The notes under the pieces were generated by a model, which made no database searches, was not told where the DNA came from, and saw nothing but the letters and a program-made list of their open reading frames with translations. Positions 58,776 through 64,000 of a stretch of DNA of 64,000 nucleotides are shown here, piece after piece (position 1 is the stretch's first letter; each line of letters opens with the position of its first letter). A program made the position numbers and the translations under genes. Source of the stretch: Candidatus Omnitrophota bacterium (GTDB lineage Bacteria > Omnitrophota > Gorgyraeia > Gorgyraeales > Gorgyraeaceae); NCBI GenBank assembly GCA_003485765.1, contig DNHS01000056.1, forward strand, positions 8,064-72,063. Direction: 5' to 3'.

Positions 58776-61700
58776 TTACCTTCTAAAGGTTAAATTCTCA
58801 GATTGTTCTGAAGCTAAGACCTCTATAGCAGCTTTATCTCCGTGCAAAGCCAGGGCCTTACCAATAATAGGGAATACAGTGCAAACTAGCCAGCATGAAC
58901 ACTTACCAGAATCTATAAAATCTCTTACCTCACAAGCCTTGTTAGAATCCCATATATAGTCCATCTTATTATCTCTTATATTTCCTATTGTTTTTTCTTT
59001 TAAAAGCGGGCAGAAAAACATATTTCCATAAGGATCGAGCATTACAAATTTAAATCCGGCATTGCAATCATAAGCAAATCTGCTTTTTGTCTTTTGGAAA
59101 TCTACAAGATGGGACCAGTAATATATTTTAGTGAAAAGATTTATTTTACCCCTCACCGTAGACATATTATTATAAAAATCCTCCGGGCTAGAAACCTTTC
59201 TGATAATGCGTTCCAGTATTTGCCCGATATGGCCCTCTATTCTTTCAAGATCTTTATTGCTCCATTTAAATACCTCGCTTTGCCTGGACTCTTTTGGCAC
59301 CCCAAACTGGGCAAAAAAATCAATGCCATTTTTATCAGCAAATTCCCAGCAAGGCACCAGCTGATCCGTATTAAAAGGCGTCAAAACAAAAGTAAGACTA
59401 AAACGCACTTCCGGAAGCTCTTTCTTAAAGAATTCTAATGTTTTCACAAAACCGCTGAATCCGCCATCAACGCCCCTTATCTTGTCGTAAGCATCTCCAA
59501 GCCCATCAAGAGAGCTTCCTATCCATATAGCATTTGTTTTGATCTTTTTAAGAATCTGCTTCATTTTCGAAACTATGACTTCTGTATTTATGCCATTTGT
59601 AAGAATTCCTAAAGATGCTTGCGGCAGCGTATCTTTTATCGCAAAACATATATCTACAAAATCAGGCCTAAGAAAGGGTTCTCCTCCGGACAGGACAACG
59701 GTCTTTATGCCCTTTAACGCATTTGAACCTGATAAAAGTTTCTTGATATCATCTAGAGAAATTTCATCTTTTACGCTTTTGCCTGTTCTTTTATGAATGT
59801 CCCAGATATCGCATGTAATGCACTTGCTGTTGCATAAATGAGTAAGTTCGACATGCAATTCTTCCGGTTTCATATTAATATCCTTAGAATATTCTTTATT
59901 CAAATAATCAAGAGACAGTTTTATAATATCGTCTGTTTTTTTAACAATATCTTTCATGATGCTATCTGAAGACGGTAAACGCTTATCCGCGCCAACAGGC
60001 TTGATAACAGAACCTTCGGGCCTTATTGCAATTCTATCTATTTCCATAACATCAGCGTAAATGTTGTCTAATTTTTGGACTACCTTATTCCAGTCATATT
60101 TTTCCTCTACAAGAAGTCTTGCTTGCCTGGCTATTCTTTTATACAATGCGTCATTATTGAAAAGCTCTGTTACATATCTTGCAAAATCTTTGGGTTTGTC
60201 AGATATTAAAATATTAAAGCCGTTTTCCGCATCTATCCCGCAAGAGCCTCGCGTTGTAGATACAACAGGTGTCCCTGTAGCCATAGCTTCCAATATCTTG
60301 CCCTTTATCCCTGCGCCTACCCTGGAAGCGCATACGAACAGAGAGGCATTATGAAGATATGGCTTAACGTCAGGCACATCACCTATGACTTCTACGCCTT
60401 TGATGCTTGAAAGCCTCAGCACATTTTCAGTAGGTCCTGACCCTACAAGCTTAACAGTTGCTTCCGGGATTAATTTTTTTATCAAAGGAAAGATTTTACG
60501 GCAGAAATATACAGCTGCTTCCTCATTTGGATAATGAGGGTAGTGTCCGACAAATATCAGAGATTTATCTCTACCTGTCTTATCTTTAAATTCAAAATGC
60601 TCGATATCTACTCCTGTAGGCACATAAGAAAAGTCTGAATTAGGAGAAAATACCCTGACTACGCGCATATCTTCTTTTGATAAAACAATTATTTTATCGA
60701 GATTTTTATAAAAAGAGTTGTGGCTATGTACGATTTTCATGTAATCTATTATACCCGGTAAAACATATCTCGTATTTTTTTTATAATAAGACTTATGCGG
60801 CGACAGTATGCTGATATCGTGCTCGGTATATACGATGGGAATATGCTTGACAAATCTGGTAAGGTACAAAAGCTCGTTTGATTCTATGTGGGCAAGATCT
60901 ATGGAAAGCCTGCCTTGAATTTCATTTAATTTCTCTATTAAGAAACTGCTGAACGAATGCCTGTAGCGGTTTGGAAATAAAAATTCATTAACCTTAGTTT
61001 GCCTATCTATTAAATGTATTTCTTTGAAAATATCTTTCATGGAATTAGACTTAGCGTATTCTGAATCTTTTTCATGATGCGCGAGAGACAGGAGCACTAT
61101 ATCGTAGTTTTTAGACAGGCGCTTGTATAAGTTATACATCCTTATCTTCCCTCCGCTATTAAGCGGATATGGTATAAAAGGCGTTATTAAAAGAACTGTC
61201 TTCTTATCAGAATGTACAAAGTTATTGCGCATAAAATTCCTGTAGTAAAGCAAGCTTCTGTCTAAAACCCTCTTATCTTTTACTTCAGCATATCTGAATT
61301 CCTTAAACCTATTAACTAAAGCAGGTATTATATAATTTAATGCCCAGACATACCCTATTAAAAATGTTAACCTTGTGCTATGGCGCCCTTTTAATAAAAA
61401 TTTTGGCAAATTATTAAAGTGGCTTAAGACCATGTTATTATCCCTTAGATTCTTCCACATAAACAACAGTTCATTCTTTATTTCTTTATGCCTTACATAA
61501 TTCAGCGTGGCCGCGCCTTTATGATACATTATGCTGTTCGGTTCATATAAAACTTTCAATCCTCTTTTTTGCGCCCTGTATGAAACATCTATATCCTCCC
61601 AGCAATTAGGCCTGTATATGTCGTCAAAACCCCCCATCCATAAAAAATCTTTCTTGCGGAAACACATTGCGCCTCCTACAGCGAAAACTGTAGGGGAAGT

Positions 61701-63722
61701 CTGCGATACCTTATCGCTATTGCCTGTCTCAGCCTCATTCCACAGATTAAGATAGCCATCCTTAAATTTCCCCATATGCATTCCATAATTAAAACTCTTC
61801 ATGTCCCAATAATAAAGCTTCGGAGATACAGCAAATACTTCTGGATCTTTAAAATGCGCTTTCAGAGGGTCCAGGAATCCCCTTGAGACCATAATATCAT
61901 TATTTAATAAAACTATGAGTTCCCCTTTAGCTTCTCTGACGCCTCTATTGCATGTTTTCCCAAATCCCTGGTTGCCCCTATTTCTGATTACTCTAACCTT
62001 AGGAAAATCATCTTTGATGACCATAGCTATACTCTGGCTGCTGGCATCATCTACCACTAAAATCTCATATCCGTCTTCCTTAAAGCCATCCGCTTCACAT
62101 AAAGAAGACAGGCATTTTTTAAGAAAATTCAGGCCATTCCAATTAGGTATAACTACACTTACAGTTAAATTATCAAAATGCACTATTTCTCTTTTTTTTC
62201 TAAAATAACGCGATAATTTTCCAAAAAATAATTCCAAAGATACCTCTAAAGTAAAAAGCAGAGCATGAGCTAATAATATCGGGCTTATAAAAAAAATCAT
62301 GGCTGTCCAGACAAGAACAGCCGCCTTTTTTGCTGCATACTTTAATGTAGCCCGCATATGCCACATAATCTTCCATAGCGGGCTCAATATAAACCTATAT
62401 CCTTCGGAATTATATATGCCTAATAATTGTTTCCGAGCCTCATCTAGTTTACTTGTAACATTATTTAGCTGGCTAGTTTTATCTAGTATAATATCATCTT
62501 TAGCAGTTCCTTCATCTAGACTTATCTTCAATTTATCTGTCAGCTTAGATATTTCTTCTTTGTAAGCGCCAAGCTCTTCTTTAATGGCAAGTACTTCTTC
62601 GGAAAGCTGCTTTATTTTGTGTTCTTTTTCCTGAATGATATTCTCTTTGTCATGTAAATTACTAGATAAACTAGATATTTGCTTTTTATCTAATTCTATA
62701 TCTTTTTGATATTTTTCCTCCTGCATTTTACACCAATTTCTATCTTTTTTTGTTCCTATTAAATCGTCCAAAAGACTTTTTAATTCCATTTCCATCTTTT
62801 TATTTTCATAATTTGTAATATTTTTAAGCTCTTCGAATAAATCTTTTATTATGCCATCGCTTATTAATCGGCCGTGTTCTTTGAGCAATTTCAGGAATAC
62901 TTGCGCCGTTAAATCAAAAAATCTGCCGCTATTTAAATTATCTTTGTTTGCAATAAAATAACTATTCCCGATTAACGACTTTGCAAGCTTGTCCGGATAA
63001 TGTTTAGCTATGAACAATAACCTATTCTTTTCTATTGCTTCGCGCGAAAATTCTTCATTACAGCTTCCATGTTTTTTATGATAAGCTACGCTTGAGGGAG
63101 CAAATATAAGCCTCCAGCCTTTTTTTCTAAATCTAATAGACATATCCACATCTTCTCCAAACATCAAAAAATCTTCATCAAATAAGCCTATGTCTCGTAA
63201 TGCTGATTTTCTGTAAAGAACGCTTGCCCCGCACACAGCCTCTAGATCTGTCACGTAGTTGAATTCCTTTGGTTTTTTGCCAGCGCCCCTCTCGTCCCAA
63301 TAAAAATTAGGCAGTTCATACAGGCCTGCATTCTGAATAAGCCCGCTCTTCTCCAGCAGCATGCTAGACACGGCGCCTACAGATCTGTCTTTTTCTATCG
63401 GTTTAACCAGTTCTGAAAGCCAGCCTTTTTTAACCACAACATCATTATTCAATAAAACGACGTAGCTTCCTCTTGACTCTAAAATACCAAGATTACATGC
63501 CTGGCAGTAATTATTCTGCCTATTTTCTATGACCTTCACCTTTTTATACTTATGTTTGATAAATTTTACAGAATCGTCCGTAGAGGCATTATCAACAACT
63601 ATGATTTCTAGCCTTGCTTTAGGATACCCTGTTTTCCATAACGAATCCAAGCATCTTTTTATAAGCTTCTTATTATTAAAATGCACGATAACTATGCTGA
63701 CAAAAGGGCTTTTAATGGCCAT
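58776..63722 (-). CDS. Giant 1648-aa multidomain protein: GT2 - coiled coil - GT2 - GT1(GT4) - radical SAM/SPASM-like
   Basis: Two GT2 N-terminal signatures (VSIVIVHFNN...VVDNASTDDS; VSVVIPNWNG...VVDDASSQS), a heptad-rich segment around aa 300-420, a GT4 region (VLLITPFIPYPLNSGG), and a C-terminal CNSKCITC radical-SAM motif followed by Cys-rich C-terminus. Confidence 0.75.
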   Translation of the reverse strand: MAIKSPFVSIVIVHFNNKKLIKRCLDSLWKTGYPKARLEIIVVDNASTDDSVKFIKHKYKKVKVIENRQNNYCQACNLGILESRGSYVVLLNNDVVVKKGWLSELVKPIEKDRSVGAVSSMLLEKSGLIQNAGLYELPNFYWDERGAGKKPKEFNYVTDLEAVCGASVLYRKSALRDIGLFDEDFLMFGEDVDMSIRFRKKGWRLIFAPSSVAYHKKHGSCNEEFSREAIEKNRLLFIAKHYPDKLAKSLIGNSYFIANKDNLNSGRFFDLTAQVFLKLLKEHGRLISDGIIKDLFEELKNITNYENKKMEMELKSLLDDLIGTKKDRNWCKMQEEKYQKDIELDKKQISSLSSNLHDKENIIQEKEHKIKQLSEEVLAIKEELGAYKEEISKLTDKLKISLDEGTAKDDIILDKTSQLNNVTSKLDEARKQLLGIYNSEGYRFILSPLWKIMWHMRATLKYAAKKAAVLVWTAMIFFISPILLAHALLFTLEVSLELFFGKLSRYFRKKREIVHFDNLTVSVVIPNWNGLNFLKKCLSSLCEADGFKEDGYEILVVDDASSQSIAMVIKDDFPKVRVIRNRGNQGFGKTCNRGVREAKGELIVLLNNDIMVSRGFLDPLKAHFKDPEVFAVSPKLYYWDMKSFNYGMHMGKFKDGYLNLWNEAETGNSDKVSQTSPTVFAVGGAMCFRKKDFLWMGGFDDIYRPNCWEDIDVSYRAQKRGLKVLYEPNSIMYHKGAATLNYVRHKEIKNELLFMWKNLRDNNMVLSHFNNLPKFLLKGRHSTRLTFLIGYVWALNYIIPALVNRFKEFRYAEVKDKRVLDRSLLYYRNFMRNNFVHSDKKTVLLITPFIPYPLNSGGKIRMYNLYKRLSKNYDIVLLSLAHHEKDSEYAKSNSMKDIFKEIHLIDRQTKVNEFLFPNRYRHSFSSFLIEKLNEIQGRLSIDLAHIESNELLYLTRFVKHIPIVYTEHDISILSPHKSYYKKNTRYVLPGIIDYMKIVHSHNSFYKNLDKIIVLSKEDMRVVRVFSPNSDFSYVPTGVDIEHFEFKDKTGRDKSLIFVGHYPHYPNEEAAVYFCRKIFPLIKKLIPEATVKLVGSGPTENVLRLSSIKGVEVIGDVPDVKPYLHNASLFVCASRVGAGIKGKILEAMATGTPVVSTTRGSCGIDAENGFNILISDKPKDFARYVTELFNNDALYKRIARQARLLVEEKYDWNKVVQKLDNIYADVMEIDRIAIRPEGSVIKPVGADKRLPSSDSIMKDIVKKTDDIIKLSLDYLNKEYSKDINMKPEELHVELTHLCNSKCITCDIWDIHKRTGKSVKDEISLDDIKKLLSGSNALKGIKTVVLSGGEPFLRPDFVDICFAIKDTLPQASLGILTNGINTEVIVSKMKQILKKIKTNAIWIGSSLDGLGDAYDKIRGVDGGFSGFVKTLEFFKKELPEVRFSLTFVLTPFNTDQLVPCWEFADKNGIDFFAQFGVPKESRQSEVFKWSNKDLERIEGHIGQILERIIRKVSSPEDFYNNMSTVRGKINLFTKIYYWSHLVDFQKTKSRFAYDCNAGFKFVMLDPYGNMFFCPLLKEKTIGNIRDNKMDYIWDSNKACEVRDFIDSGKCSCWLVCTVFPIIGKALALHGDKAAIEVLASEQSENLTFRR

Positions 63723-63860
63723 TAGGACTTCCTCCTTTTGAAATGAGCCAATCCCAGCTATGTTCTAAATACACTGCGCCATGATATTGTCCATGCAGTT
63801 TTCAATAATTTTCTCTGTTGTAATTTACAATAATTACTGATATTATAGTCTTATTATATC

Positions 63861-64000
63861 ATGGAAAATAAAAATTCTAAAGCGTTATCATCCCTTATTT
63901 TCATTCCCTTATTATCCCTGCTTTTTATCAGGCCTTTTGTTTCAGGGCTTTCATACCCTGTATTTGAATTCTGGTATGAAATTTTAATAACCCTCCTTGG
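63861..64000 (+). CDS. Hypothetical membrane protein, N-terminal fragment (runs off window)
   Basis: ATG at 63861 followed by a hydrophobic ORF (MENKNSKALSSLIFIPLLSLLFIRPFVSGL...) that stays open to the window end. Confidence 0.3.
   Translation, partial: MENKNSKALSSLIFIPLLSLLFIRPFVSGLSYPVFEFWYEILITLL

Overview
AT-rich bacterial chromosomal window, genetic code 11, with nearly all genes on the minus strand. Positions 1-46,110 are a housekeeping backbone: tuf (partial) behind a tRNA-Tyr/Gly/Thr/Thr cluster, nnrD, acpS, pdxJ, cdaA, folP, ftsH, tilS with a tRNA(CAT) directly upstream, larE-like, mnmA, coaX, birA, uvrB, nadC, valS, cimA-like, lysC, an ApgM-family mutase, a fused hisDBHAFI-trpEGDCF supraoperon, alaS, recA, divergent cinA-thpR, pgpA, pgsA, rimO, rodZ-like, ftsK, uppP, pnp and rpsO. 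Positions 46,126-63,722 are accessory. First comes a tightly packed minus-strand operon that looks like a previously undescribed RiPP-type system: a 47-aa precursor ending GTSCSSCASCTSCA that is missing from the ORF track, two PqqD/RRE proteins, a radical-SAM/SPASM enzyme, an HprK-like kinase, a lasso-B2-like transglutaminase peptidase, GT4 and GT2 glycosyltransferases, and a divergent PF14907-type nucleotidyltransferase, with no lasso cyclase. Next is a surface-glycan locus (GT4, O-antigen-ligase-like, GT2, GT9, a stand-alone radical SAM) ending in a 1648-aa GT2-GT2-GT4-radical-SAM fusion protein. Several non-coding repeat families were also found. Two nested, highly structured modules (A about 150 nt, B about 170-190 nt) sit in the nadC and lysC leader regions and show compensatory stem changes. 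A 35-bp hairpin element occurs in four short intergenic gaps. A hairpin motif with compensatory stem changes lies upstream of hisF and rimO. A perfect 37-bp palindrome lies between trpE and trpG. A 20-nt duplication of the tRNA-Thr 3' end flanks a 117-bp insert. No CRISPR arrays, rRNA genes or intact transposase/integrase genes are visible.
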